Shown: positions 26,210 through 38,302 of the stretch, piece after piece
Position numbering within the stretch: the first letter of the stretch is position 1
Layout of the letters: the number at the start of each line of letters is the position of its first letter
Source of the DNA: Nageia nagi
Lineage: Eukaryota; Plantae; Pinophyta
Assembly: GCA_050084985.1 (NCBI GenBank)
Contig: JBITNC010000001.1
Location: 202,120,001 to 202,184,000 of the forward strand
DNA length: 64,000 nt
Reading direction: 5' to 3'
Translations under genes and position numbers: made by a program
Notes under the pieces: generated by a model
Told to the model about the DNA's origin: nothing
Database searches by the model: none
What the model saw: only the letters and a program-made list of their open reading frames with translations

Positions 26210-26885
26210 ATTATGGATCCCCATTCAAAGCTAAGAGAATTGGGAGAAGATATGTCTCAAAATTCTGTGATCCATCATCAACCAATCGACGGAACGAGGT
26301 CTCTACAATCTTGTGTGTAGGCTCCTTGGAGTTCGCCCAAACATAGACTTGGTCTGAAAATGAGCAAAATTGAAATGGACAATCAAGGGCAACCTTGATG
26401 TTACTGCTATGTTGAATGATTATGTTATGTTTACATTCAGTTGCATAGAAGATTGATAGTTTGTAGTTTGTACTGAGCTTTGGGCCTTGGTTCTGTAGAA
26501 AGCAAGGTTTATTTCTTGAGAAGTGGCAACCAGAATTCAATCCTGCCAAAGCTCAAATTCTAATGGCACCAATTTGGATCATCTTGCTCCACCTACCTTT
26601 TGAATTTTGACACCAGAAAGTCTTTGAAGGATTTGTGGGATCCTTTGGAAAGTTAGTTGCAATAGATCATGTCACAAAGGCTCAAACTTGACTCCTGGGA
26701 GCTAGATTTTGTGTCCTTGTATAATTTAGGGTCAAGCTTCCTAAGACAATTACACTTCAATTTGAATCAGGTGGATGGATTCAATAGTTGCGATATGAGA
26801 GCAATAATTGTCTTTGCTCTACATGTGCCCAAGTTTGGGCACAATGTGATATCATGTCCTGCTAAGGTGACCATAGCAAACATAG
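26210..26885 (+). pseudogene. LINE (L1) ORF1 remnant, DUF4283-like plus zinc knuckle
   Basis: Translates to GPWFCRKQGLFLEKWQPEFNP..APIWIILLHLPFEF..FGKLVAID..GARFCVLV, then CSTC..FGHNVISC. Stops and frameshifts; cut at 26889. Confidence 0.8.
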
Positions 26886-27947
26886 TTTTGTTGTGGCTTC
26901 CACAACACGCCCCAAATTCTTAGTCAATTTGGGGACCCAAAATTTTTCCAGAGTGAATCTGGAGCAAGGAGGGGAAAACAAAAGCTTATATCACTTTGAA
27001 TGCTAGCTTTCCAAGCGACACCCAACATGTCCAACTTTGAGCTTGCGAGAGCTCGAATGGATGAGGTCAAAGAGCCAAATGAAATTTTTGATTAAGTATG
27101 GAATACTTGCTCTGTTCCTAGGCGCATGTCATGACAAGGAGAACACTCATGACCTCCCTAAGACTTGCACCAGGATTCACCCTCTTTTGTTAGGCGCATG
27201 TGAGACTTGAGACACCAAGTATGACCCTCCTTGGAATTGCGCCAGCCTTACAGGGACTCCAAGAGATGATTTCAAGTGGCCAGGGTCAGATTACCTAATT
27301 ATGGAGCAAGCTCAACGCAGGTGCAAGTCTGGACAAGGACAAACCTCATGACCCAGTGCAAACATGCACCAACACAAATTCTTACTCCCCTAGCACAAGT
27401 GCCAGCCTAGACAACCACTTTGACTCCCCTAGGACTTGTGTTGGGATCCATCTCACCTTCTTGGGTGCACGCCCGGCTCAAGACACCAAGTTTGTCTCTC
27501 CCTTGACTTACGCTGGCCCTCTATCTGCCCCAAGAGAGTTGGGGTGAGTTTAAAACACCCAAGTTTACCCCACAAGAAATGTATACTTGTCCTTGCCCTT
27601 TTTCTTGGTGCAATACCATGCCTAGACATTGTCCATGAGTACCCCATGACTTGCGCTAGGAATCCTTGTCCACCTTAGGTGCATATCGGAGGGAAAACAA
27701 GCCATATGACCCCCCACAAGCTTGCTCCAGCCTTCTTGACCCTCACCTTGGTGCATATCCTCGCCTAAACATCATGTTTGACCCTCCAAACCCATGTGCT
27801 CACCCCTTCCAAGTTGGCTGACCTAAAATTTTGTGCAAAACTACCTTGAAAAACATGCTAAAGTTAAAATGAGCATTTTCGAATATGATATGGTTGACTT
27901 AACCTTAGAGGTGGTCGACTAAACCCTAGAAAAAACCTAAATTTGCA

Positions 27948-28683
27948 TATAAAAAGGGGAAACTCTGCCTCATTTTCTCATTCAACATTGTTTTTTTCTC
28001 TCCACACTTCGCTAGGGCGTCCAAGGTGAGCGCATCCCATATCCAAGCTAGGAGAAGGACAACAAAGCTAAAAACCCATCCTAGACAAGCGCCAAAGGTG
28101 AGTAGTCTGAGTCTCAATGTTCTTCCATTTCGTTATCTTTTTGCACATGTCTGTTCTCGAGCGCAAGTTTTGCCCTAGACAAGAAGCTTGTCCCCTTGAT
28201 CTCAAGCGCTGAAGTTCCATGACCACTTAGACCCCAATGCCAACATCGAAACCCCTTCAAGACCTAGTGCAAGTTGTCCTAGTGCACATCTCGACCTAGA
28301 CACCAACATTGACCCTTTTGATCCTTGCGCTACGGTTTTGGAGGCTGTCCACTATCCTACATCACCCTTTTAGGACCTTTACACCCTTGTGCAAGCCAAC
28401 CCTAGTGCAAATCAAGCTCTATACAAGATGTTTATCTCTTTCCCATCTTGTGTCAGTCCTCTCTTCAGTCTATGCAACCGTCCAACCCTTTTTCACCTTC
28501 ACACAAGCCTACCCTAGCATAGATCAACCCTTAGTCACCAACCCTATCTCCATCATCACTTGCGCCACACCACGAATACCCACGTTGGCTCCTCAATGAC
28601 CAAATTCACCAAAAAGACGAACATCCTCACCCCGAATTAGCTGTTCCACTCACTTTGTTGCATTTTGTAGGGAAACCACCATG
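27948..28683 (+). promoter_or_regulatory. TATA box, putative 5'-UTR intron and strong start context for the D ORF
   Basis: TATAAAA at 27948; donors AAG|GTGAGC (28026) and AAG|GTGAGT (28098); acceptor TTTTGTAG| (28670); ACCACCATGG with ATG at 28681. Confidence 0.55.
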
Positions 28684-31600
28684 GACAAAATGCAGTTAAG
28701 CAATGACAATTGGGCATGAAGCTTGAAAAGTCTGCTGAAGGAAAACCTGATTGAATTAGGGAAGTTTGGAAAGGACCTGTTGCCTGAGGCCCGCATCAAG
28801 AATGGCCTTGCGAACATTAGGGACACAGATTGGCAACGCACAAACCCCATCAAGATGCTAGAGAAAGTAGTCACAATGCCTCCAGAGACCCTATCCACCG
28901 ATGTGATCTATCATTCAAGATTGTATATAGCTGCCATGATACCTTTCGCAGTAACATTCCCAAAGTTGTGTTGTGAAGTGGCCAAGTTATGTGACGTGGG
29001 GAAAAGGACTCTTCGAGACAGTAAGGATGAAGTGATTATGAGATTCACCGCAAAAGGTGTGGAAGATGCATTCAGATGGGAGGGAGATGGCATTGAGTGC
29101 ATTGAAGAAGACTCCATCGTCTTCTATGAGTCCTTGAAGGGGCAAGGAAACTTGATCAGAGAGTGGCTTCTTCCTAGTGCTAGAGAGCTCAAAGGAAATA
29201 CCCTATTGAACGCCAAGAGAACATACTTTCACCTTACAATGTCCAAGTTGATTACTCTAATGGCTAGTGTGTTGGGTAAAGAAGATGACACCAAGTTCAG
29301 AAAGGAGTTCTTCACTTTCATATATTTGATAGGGCAAGGGAAGAAGATCAGATGGGGATGGACAATAAGTGAGGTCTTGAAGAACCAAATATCATCTTGA
29401 GACCTGTGAGACTAGTAAGAGTTTCTATATGAACTCTTATTTGGTATATTTGTTGTTGGCCGATAAGAATAGACCATCGACACATGGGGACATCAGCTTG
29501 ATAGGTAAGGCATGTATTCCTATATGGAGGTGTTACTAGAAATGGTTTGTGGGCAGCAAGTACTCTCACTTCTATATGAAGACCGACGGATGGGAGTATG
29601 GGATACTTAAAGAAATTAAGGAAGAGTTACAAGTAAAGAGAATTTCCAATGCAGCCATTGATGCCCTCGATTTTTTACTTACACCACTCCAAGTACACTT
29701 ATATCAGGGTGTTCGGATCACAAATGCCTCCACACATGCTTCCGTGGTATGTGAGTAACAAAATTATCTTGTTGGAATTTTGCTACAAATTATCATTTTT
29801 GCATGAGCAAGTATGGAAGAAGAAGGTTGCCATTATTACTCTACCCATCATTGTTGGAGAGTATGCATGTGCTTTATGGGTGGATTTAGATAACATCAAG
29901 ACTGAGTTAGCCCACTACGGATTCAAGCAACTCCTTAGAGCTGAAAGTTATGACCTAGAAGGAAGAATAGTTGCATTCATGGATAAATTCAAAAGATCCC
30001 CATATGTGCATAAGCCTCTTGGTTTGGAAGAAAAATTCAGGGACATGACAAGGTTAGAAGACATCAAGAGGACACAAGGAGCAATCACAAGGGAGAATAA
30101 GAGGGGAACTCAGCCAAGACATACTGAAGAACCCAAGGAAGGAAGGAAGCAATAGTCACCTCTAACTATTCCATCGAGCTCTAAAGCCATGGGAGAATTG
30201 TTTTCCTCTTTGAAGAGAAGACAAGGTCACACAGGGAAATATGCTACCATGGGAGGATCTAAACAATCAATGAGGATGTTGCACATACCATTTAGTCACA
30301 AGTGAAAGACATTGAGCCAAGTAGCTCAATACCAACTTGGGGGATTGAATTGAGGGGAGCTAGCCAGAGAAAGATTTTTAAGGAGAATCCCCCAAAACCC
30401 AAGGGTAGAATGCTTGGAGTGATCAAGCTCCGGATACAGTCTTGAAAGCCCTGAATGGAACGATGACAGCATGGGAGAGCAAGGTCCTATTGAAGATGAG
30501 GTCATGGGGGAACTCAGGATAATGTGGTAGAGGAAGAACCCACAGTGGGAGATGTTTAAATAGATGACAATTCAATGGAAATACTCCCTTAGATAAAGAA
30601 GACAACCTCCAAACCCATGCCTTCAGAGTCAAATTCGCAGAGAGGTCCGAGAAAGACAACCACACCTCAAGCCCAAGTCAACATTTGACATCAGAAGAGC
30701 CCTCCCAATGTATTTAGGCAAACATCCCTTCAGCTGGAAGATCAGATGAATGAAGAAGCGACAATTGAACAACACAAAAAATAGAGGCAGGATTTGGGGA
30801 AAGAGATAGTTTCAATTGTCTGACTGTCCAATGCCAATGATGGCGGGGAGGACTTTAGCTTTTTGGACAAATACCTCCAACACTTGGATACCCATTGAGT
30901 AGATGATAGTGATGAAGAGAATAGAGAGGCCTCTGAAGGAGAATGTTCCCAGCCTAGAGATTCGAGGATCTTTGCCCAATTAAAAGGCTCTTCCAGTGTG
31001 ATCATTAAAGCAACCACCCATAAGAAAAAGCCTCAAGGTACGCAATATTGGAAAATTCAGATGCAAGAGATCGAAGTAGGCCCTATTAGTTTGGAGGGGC
31101 ATGAATTGAACATCAATGAAAGTGCTTCTGCCCTAAGAGAAGAAGGAGCAAAGAAGGATCTAGAAATTTGAAGGTTAAAGAAAGAGTTGATCAACAAGAG
31201 CAATTTCTGCAAGGAAATTGAGGTAGCCCAAATGTAGCCAAACGACATCAAGAGGTAAACCTCTCTGAACATGGGTATAGCACTTATGAAGGAGGAGTTT
31301 AAGAAGGACATCATGGAGGTGGTAAAGGAGTTGTCATAGAAGATTGCAACTTTCATTCAAGAAGAAGCCAAGATTCAAGTGAAGATTGAGAAAATCCTAT
31401 AGCTAATCGAGATAAGGATCCCTTATTAGGATGATATGGATGAGATCCGTTAGAAGGTGGAGGACAATTCAGTGTCACAGGAATATTGCCTTAACTTCAC
31501 CTTCTACTTCGATTGGATCAAGGGAGCCATTGGTAAATGCCACGACTTAGTTAAGAATGTATCTAAGGAGAAAGAAGATATTAAAACCCAAATGGTTGAG

Positions 31601-31813
31601 TTCATGTTTGGGGTCATCCTGCTAGATGAGTTTGGGGTACTGTTGGTATCGATTTCTTTCCTACCTTGCAGTACCGCAACAGAGGCAAGCTTAGCAAGAG
31701 AAAAAAGCCTCACTAACATATATAGGTTGTTGAGATGCTTTTCTTTCCTAGATGGGACACTTTGAATATCGTGCGCGGAACTTAGGAGATCCCAAGCAAC
31801 ATAGTTGGGAATG
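28681..31813 (+). pseudogene. Decayed long ORF of copy D
   Basis: LLKENLIE..LPEARIK..DTDW..AAMIPFAV, FYMNSYLVYLLL, YIRVFGS..LPWYVSNKIILLEF and YFDWIK match the A ORF. Confidence 0.85.
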
Positions 31814-32359
31814 TGTTACCAATTCCCCCGTTTGAAAAGGACTGTGTACCTCCAAGGCTCTTGTTGAAACACCCTACCCAACGACCCCAACATTGTGATG
31901 TTGTAAGGTATGTCCACCAGGTGTGTTTCTGAATAGGGATAGATAAATAAAAGTGCAGTATCCCTCTTTGGAATCAGCCTCAATGGAATGGAATGAAAGG
32001 TATGTAGTCTGTTAACCAATGATGTTTTATTCTTTGATGTATAGAGTTTGTTCGAAACTTTTGTGTGTGTACTTAACAATCATATTTGGGTATGAAAGCA
32101 TAAAGAAAGTGTAAAGGCAATACTGTAAAAGGTGAAGCACAACACCTTGGACAAAGAAAGGATACTTGGTTGGATATGGGTTTTGTTGTGCCTACACAAC
32201 ACCACCCCAAAATTTTTTGCATTTCAAGGACTCTCAAGAAACATAAAGGAAGAAAAGATTGTATGAAATCTATCTAAAAAGATGCATACCTTTTGGAGGA
32301 TGTTGGAAACATGTCGAGTTTGCATTTTCGCAGCAGTAGTGTCATTTCTCATGTACTTT

Positions 32360-33875
32360 TCTCCTGTCGCATGTTTTCCATAGAGTGCTTTTGCACCTCC
32401 TTTCAACCATCCAACCATGCATCCTTGTCTTTGTCGTTTACATCATTCAGCTTGAAGGGCTTCTGAGGGCCTCTCTTTTTGCATTTCACCCATCTTGCGT
32501 CTTGTTTGTCATCATGTTGTCGAAAAATGCATGAAAAAGGCATGTTTTCAGCCTATTGCATGTTTTTGAGGGAGTCCTTTTGCACCCTCTGGAGAAGGTG
32601 CAACTGGGCTGGGTTTTTTGCACTCCTCTCAAAGGATGCGACCAGTGTTTCAGACTTAGCATCATTTTTGCAGATGTCTCATGCATTGGAGTGAGTCCTT
32701 TTGCACTCCTCAGGAACCACGCGATCAGGAATTTGACACTTTGCATATTTTTGAAGCCTCAAAGGCTATTGCATGCATTTCATCAAGTCCTTTTGCACTC
32801 CTGTCAAAGGGTGGGACCAGCTTGGAGAACACTTAGCCAAATTTCGGAGCCTCAAGGCTTGCCGCAAGGATGGAGATGAGTCCTTTTGCACTCATCCAAA
32901 ACCATGTGACTAGGGAAAACAGAAAGAAATAAGCTAAGTGTTGGACGTTAGTGACAAGTGGAAGTCCATGCATTGGACCTCATCCTACGCCTGTCCCATG
33001 GTGACACGTGTCCCTCCTTGAAGGCTATAAAAGGGAAGTCACCCCCCTTCATTTTAGCTTGCAAAATTGGGGAGGTCCAGAGCATGGGGAGATAGGAGAA
33101 AAAGAGCACCCCTTCTTGGACATGTGACCAAGGACATCCTACACCTTTTTCGAAGTTTTTTTCGAATATTTAGACCTTGGGAAGCGTGCCAAGAGCTGGG
33201 TGCAAGGATTCAAGCATGTGCTTTGGGCACCCATCCAAAAGGATGCGACAAGGGAGATAAGAGCTCAAGTATGTTGGAAAATTGGCTAAGCCCCCCTGGT
33301 CCCACTTTCTAGTTGCACCATTCCTATCTAGTCCTTTTGCACCTCCCACCATGCATACGACCTTGTTTGTAAACTGTCTATTGGACCTTTTTAGCAAGCT
33401 GGTAAGAGACTAACACTTGGCCTAGGAGAAAACTTATAAATATCACCCTCTCCTTGAGCATTTCATACCTCATTTTCATCTCTCTTCTTGGTCGCATCAT
33501 TTTCCATACATGCTTTAGCATCCATCCCAAAACATGCAACCAAGGAAGGAACATTAGAAGACATTGCACTCATTTCAAGGCATGGTCGCATCATTTTTCA
33601 CATGATCAAGCACCCACTCCGGAACGTGCGACCAAGATAGAAGGGAGATTCAGGGATGTTGTACATCTAGTTAGGCTCTTTTGGCCAAGGCATTTCAAGT
33701 TCACCCTTGAACCTAGTCGCATCATTTTTTATGCATGCTTGAGGCACTTATTCAAAAACATGCGACCAACTTTCGAGTGAAGAGTGTTGTTCAGAAAATT
33801 GACTAAGTGTCCCTAGGCCTAGATGCACGCTTTCTTGGCTGTGCTTCTGCACTCATTCATAACTGTGTGCCTGGA
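32360..33875. repeat. Array of bipartite GCAC-N13-TGCGACC motifs in A3 5' region
   Basis: About a dozen degenerate units with a constant 13-nt spacer in the cases counted, e.g. GCAC-tcctctcaaagga-TGCGACC and GCAC-ttattcaaaaaca-TGCGACC. Confidence 0.8.
33003..33442 (+). promoter_or_regulatory. Two TATA boxes and a G-box upstream of the A3 ORF
   Basis: GACACGTGTC at 33003, TATAAAA at 33026, TATAAATA at 33435. Equivalent motifs in A1 (~9110, ~8740) and A2 (~23945, ~23555). Confidence 0.55.
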
Positions 33876-36800
33876 CTAGTCAGACATCTGGAGCTGAGGA
33901 AAGAGTAGGGTAGTGTCCTCCATGGCTTCAAGCACCAAAGTACCTTCGTTGAAGGCTAGGAAGACCTAGAGCCAGTTGTTTGAGAGGCATGTGACTAAAA
34001 ACCAGATGACTCGACTTTTGAGGGAGAGTTTGATAGAGTTTCAGCTAAAGAGCAGGCCAGAGCTCCCCGAGGCCAAATTGAAAGGGAAATATATTTTTGT
34101 TGGTGACACTGATTGGGGTGACTTGGACCCAATCATGACCTTGGCCTCTACAACCTCTCTTAGCAAGGAGAACCTGTCTAGGGAACTTATCCACACATGC
34201 TACTTGTTCAATGCCGCCATGATACCGTTTGCAGTACCTTTTCCCGACTTGTGCAGTGAAGTGGCAAAGAAGTGTGATTTCAGCAAGAGAGTGCTACAGG
34301 ATACGGAGGGCAATGTAATCATGGACTTCACCCCTGCTGGTATTAAAGCAACTTTTGGCTAGAAATGTTATGGGGATGACTATACATTGGTCCATTCGGA
34401 GGAGTTTCATGACTCCACTTCCCGACATGGAGACTATATTAGACCTTGGTTGCTTGAGGAATTTCAAGACCTTCAGGGGCAAAGGTTGATCAGTGCGCAA
34501 AAAGAAGAATTTCTACTAGTGGTGGCAAAATTGATCACCTTATTATCAAGAGTAACCGGTCAAGAGAGTGATGCCAAGTACCGGAGGGGGTTCACAAGAT
34601 TTATGGTTGCAATCAGTTCGGGGAGGTCCATTCGGTGGGCAGGGGTTATTAGTGATGCCCTGTGCTACCAGTTGTCTTTGTTTGGCTCCTCGAAGAGATT
34701 TTACATGAACTCTTACCTGGTGTACCTGTTACTGCAAGGCAAGGTCAGATCCAAGGAGCTGGCTGATGAGAGGTACTTGGGAGAGAAGAACACCCCCATG
34801 TGGAGGGCATACCAGAAATGGTGGTGCCAAAATAAATGAGTATTTTTATGAAAAAACTGATGCCTGGGAATATGATATCTACAAGGATATCAAGGGAGAG
34901 TCCGTGGTGAAGAGGGTTTCTGATGCTACCATCCAGGCTATTCGCGTGCATGCAAACCTTTTTTTGCAAGACGTTGACTTCACCTACATCAGAGTTTATG
35001 GCTTGAAGGAGCAGCCCATGCTCCTGCCCAGGTATGTTAGCGACAGGTTGGTCCTCATCGAGTTTGCTAGGCAGCTCTTGTTCCTGAAGGAGAAGGTCTG
35101 GAAGAAGAAAAATGCCACCATCAACTTGCTTATTTCTATATCTGGATATGTGTGCCAGACTTGGGTGGAGGCACCACACATACGAAAGGAGCTACAATAG
35201 TATAACTTCTTCTGGGAAGTTGCTGCTAGGAACTATGATCTCGAGGGGATGATTGCTCGTTTCTATGACACTGCTTTTCATCGGCCCATTCCATTTCCTC
35301 ACAAGTCTTTGGGGGTTGAAGAAAGGTATAGGAATGTGCAAAATGAAGGGGAAATTGCGCGCATCACAGCTCATTTGAGTAAAAAGAAGGCTTCTCTTCA
35401 GGCAGAGAAGCCTCCTCTAAGGCCTCGAACTATGAAACCCCGATCTAAGGAGGCCACTTTGAAGATCATATCTCCTACCCACACAATGTCCTCACCAAAA
35501 GAGAAGCCCTTGCTTTCTGCAAGAAAAAGGCAAGAGGCCCCGAGAGAGCCTCTTCCTGGGCCCAACAAGCGTACTGTGTTGGAAGTTGACTTTAAAGATG
35601 CTGGGTATTGTGCTCTCCCTTTAGATGTGCTGGACGATGTGATAAACGCATGTGGGAGTGACTCCCCCATGGAAGCGATTCCTTCCAGATCGACCCATTC
35701 TCCTAGACAAAGAGGGAAAGTTCCCCCCTTACAGCAAAGTTCTAGCAGCTCCGAAACCTCTTCCTCTTCTTCCGATGAAGAAGCTGATGGAAACCCTGAC
35801 CGTACGACTGAAGACTTTGCAGAAGAGTCAGAGAGCTAGAGAGAAGAAGAAGAGGGAGGTGATGCCAATGCTGCCCATTCACCTCAACCAGAAGACATAG
35901 CCATTGGTGCTTCAACACCTAATGAGACGGAAGTAGAAACCATTCCGGAAGATGAGATAGTGGACGTAGGCATTTATGATGATGACATCCAGATACTTGG
36001 CCAGAAGTGCGCTAGAGAGGTGGCTGCCTCCAAATCCTCTCCTGCCGAACCCAAGAAAAGGTCTCCCTCGCATAAAATCTCTACTAAGAGGAGTCATGAT
36101 AAATCTCCCTAGCTTTGAAATATAGGCATATCTCTAGGCGGCAGTGGAGGAGATGAAGAGGACAAAGGAGAGATAGAAGAACAAAAGAAGAAGAGGAGGC
36201 AGGAAGAGCATCAAGGAAAGGAGATGGCGGTAGTTCCAACTACCCTAGCAAAGGAGGCCAAGAAAGTTGATAAAGGAAGGTTGTTGGTTCAAAGGTTTCC
36301 CTTTCAACCAGCGATCGAACAACCAGATCTTGATCTAGATGCATGGTTTAGAGCCCTCAACATGATTATGACTCACGATGAAGATATAGACCATGACTTG
36401 GGGTATGAGGACGAGGAAGAAGAACTTTCGGATGGGGAGAAAATTCGGAGGGTGGACACTTTTATCTCCACCTCTCGAAAGGAGATCTTTATAAGCATTG
36501 CTACTCCAAGGAGAAGCATCTTCAGAGGGCCGAGGGTTGTCTTATCGAAACTTTCAAGATGCCAGTCAAATTGGGGTTAAAGGCTAGGAAACACATTGTT
36601 ACCCAGAATGTTGCAGTCATGGAACAGGAAGGCTATGAAGCTAAAAGGGAAGTGAAGAAATTAAAGAAGGAGCTCACAGCCAATCAAAAAATTATAAAGG
36701 TGTTCCAGAAAATCAGCACCACTCCCTTACATTTGTAAAAACAAACTTCCTTCCATGAGGGATGGGAACTCATGAAGGTGTAGCTCAAGAATGAGATGGT

Positions 36801-37122
36801 GGAGATCATCGAGAGATTTTCTTCATGCATTTACAAGATCCTAGCCGAGGGATTTGAGATTAGGGATCTTAGAACTCAAATTACTACTCACCTCGGCCAG
36901 TTGGATAGTTACCTACCCAATGTCTTCCACTTGCAGCACACTTTCGCCGATAACCCCAAGAAATTCGTCTACTGCCATGAGTTCACCTATCACCACGATT
37001 GGTTGAAGCACACACTCGAGAAATGCAATGCTGTCCTCAAAGTAAAGATCCCCTTGTGAAAGGAGGTGGAGGAGCAAATGAGTGAATATCTTTATCACCT
37101 AAAATTCCAAGGGAAGGATAAT

Positions 37123-37534
37123 TGTTAGGATCCCACATCCTAACATTTTAGTGTTAGTATTAGTATTTTAATTAAATTGTCGGCCTATATTGTAAACCGT
37201 AATATTGTGATTGTAAGGGCGGGGCCCGATTTTGCATTACTATTAGGATTAGGGTTAGTATATTATAAATAGGTAGAAGTGTGTGGAGAAATGCATCTTG
37301 AACATTATTTTTTACTTTTGGAGTTGTAAGGAGGTAGCCCCCTGGAAGCGGCCTTTGATTCTGTTACTATTTAGTAAAATCCTATCCTTATCTACTTATT
37401 GTTGTTATTTCGTGTTCTATTTATCAGCGCATGCTCTGTTATTTCCACTAGATTAGTTGTCATTTTTCTATTTCAAATCGATTTTCGTTACATTTCTGCA
37501 ACATTTCCCTTTTCATATTTGTAGCATCGTAACA
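37123..37534 (+). repeat. 5' LTR
   Basis: TGTTAGGATCCC...CGTAACA; about 21 differences from the 3' LTR by eye (~95% identity). Confidence 0.95.
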
Positions 37535-37536
37535 TT

Positions 37537-37548
37537 TGGTATCAGAGC
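37537..37548 (+). promoter_or_regulatory. Primer binding site, tRNA-iMet
   Basis: TGGTATCAGAGC 2 nt after the LTR. Confidence 0.92.
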
Positions 37549-38302
37549 TCTTTCAAGGGCCATTTTGCTATAGGAAAACAATTTTTTTTTTTCTTAGAGG
37601 TCTAAGCTAGAAACCTTGTACCGGGGGTTTTAAAATATCCAAGAGGATCTGTCGTTTTTGGCTAAGCACACTTGCCCATAAAGCTGTGTGTAGTGAGGTG
37701 CAAAAAACTCTACACCAATACCCAGGCCTCAGACAGAACCCTACACGGAATCGGACTCCTCGTATCGAAAGGTATATCGAAGACTATCTAGGCTATAAAT
37801 GGAAACTAGGTAGGAAGCTGTGTCGATCGTCTATAAACTGTAGTGCACCAGTAAGTGCCGTTGGAAAGTTACTTGTCATAGAAGCCATCTCCACAACCTC
37901 TTTCCTTGCGAAAGTTGGATAGGAGTGTTTAAACAAGCCTACAGAGCAAATAATGCTTACCCTAGAATCATTCTTTCACACAAAAAACCTTGATTCGGGA
38001 AGCAGAATGTATGACATGCAGTTTTTCAGAGCCGCCAAAAATAGCAGTTCAGAGGTGGCAAAAACTTCAGAGCTAAATAACTAAAAATCTGTACTGTTTC
38101 AGCAGTTGTTAACAAAAGTAGACAGACCCTCTTATGTAAAAAGTCTAGGAGTCCGAAAATCATCATCGGAAGACCTAGCCCATTGTGATCGTCTTTTCGA
38201 GCTGATCGTTTTGATATATTACACCCATACAGTTCTTTCGGGCACTTTCTAAAAATAGTAGTTTTTAAAAATAGCAGTTTCTAGAAATAACAGTTTCCAG
38301 AA

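Larger units (their letters stand above)
26889..31813 (+). mobile_element. Diverged ORF-bearing LTR-like unit, copy D; 3' end not found
   Basis: Starts TGTTGTGGCTTCCACAACACGCCCCAAAT (family hairpin), then a GGCGC..GC(G/A)CC array, TATA and the family ORF. Interrupted at 31814. Confidence 0.75.

Noticed and set aside
32360-33875. Repeat-spacer pattern as a CRISPR-like array
   Set aside because: Eukaryotic context, degenerate repeats, irregular periodicity, related spacers and no cas genes.
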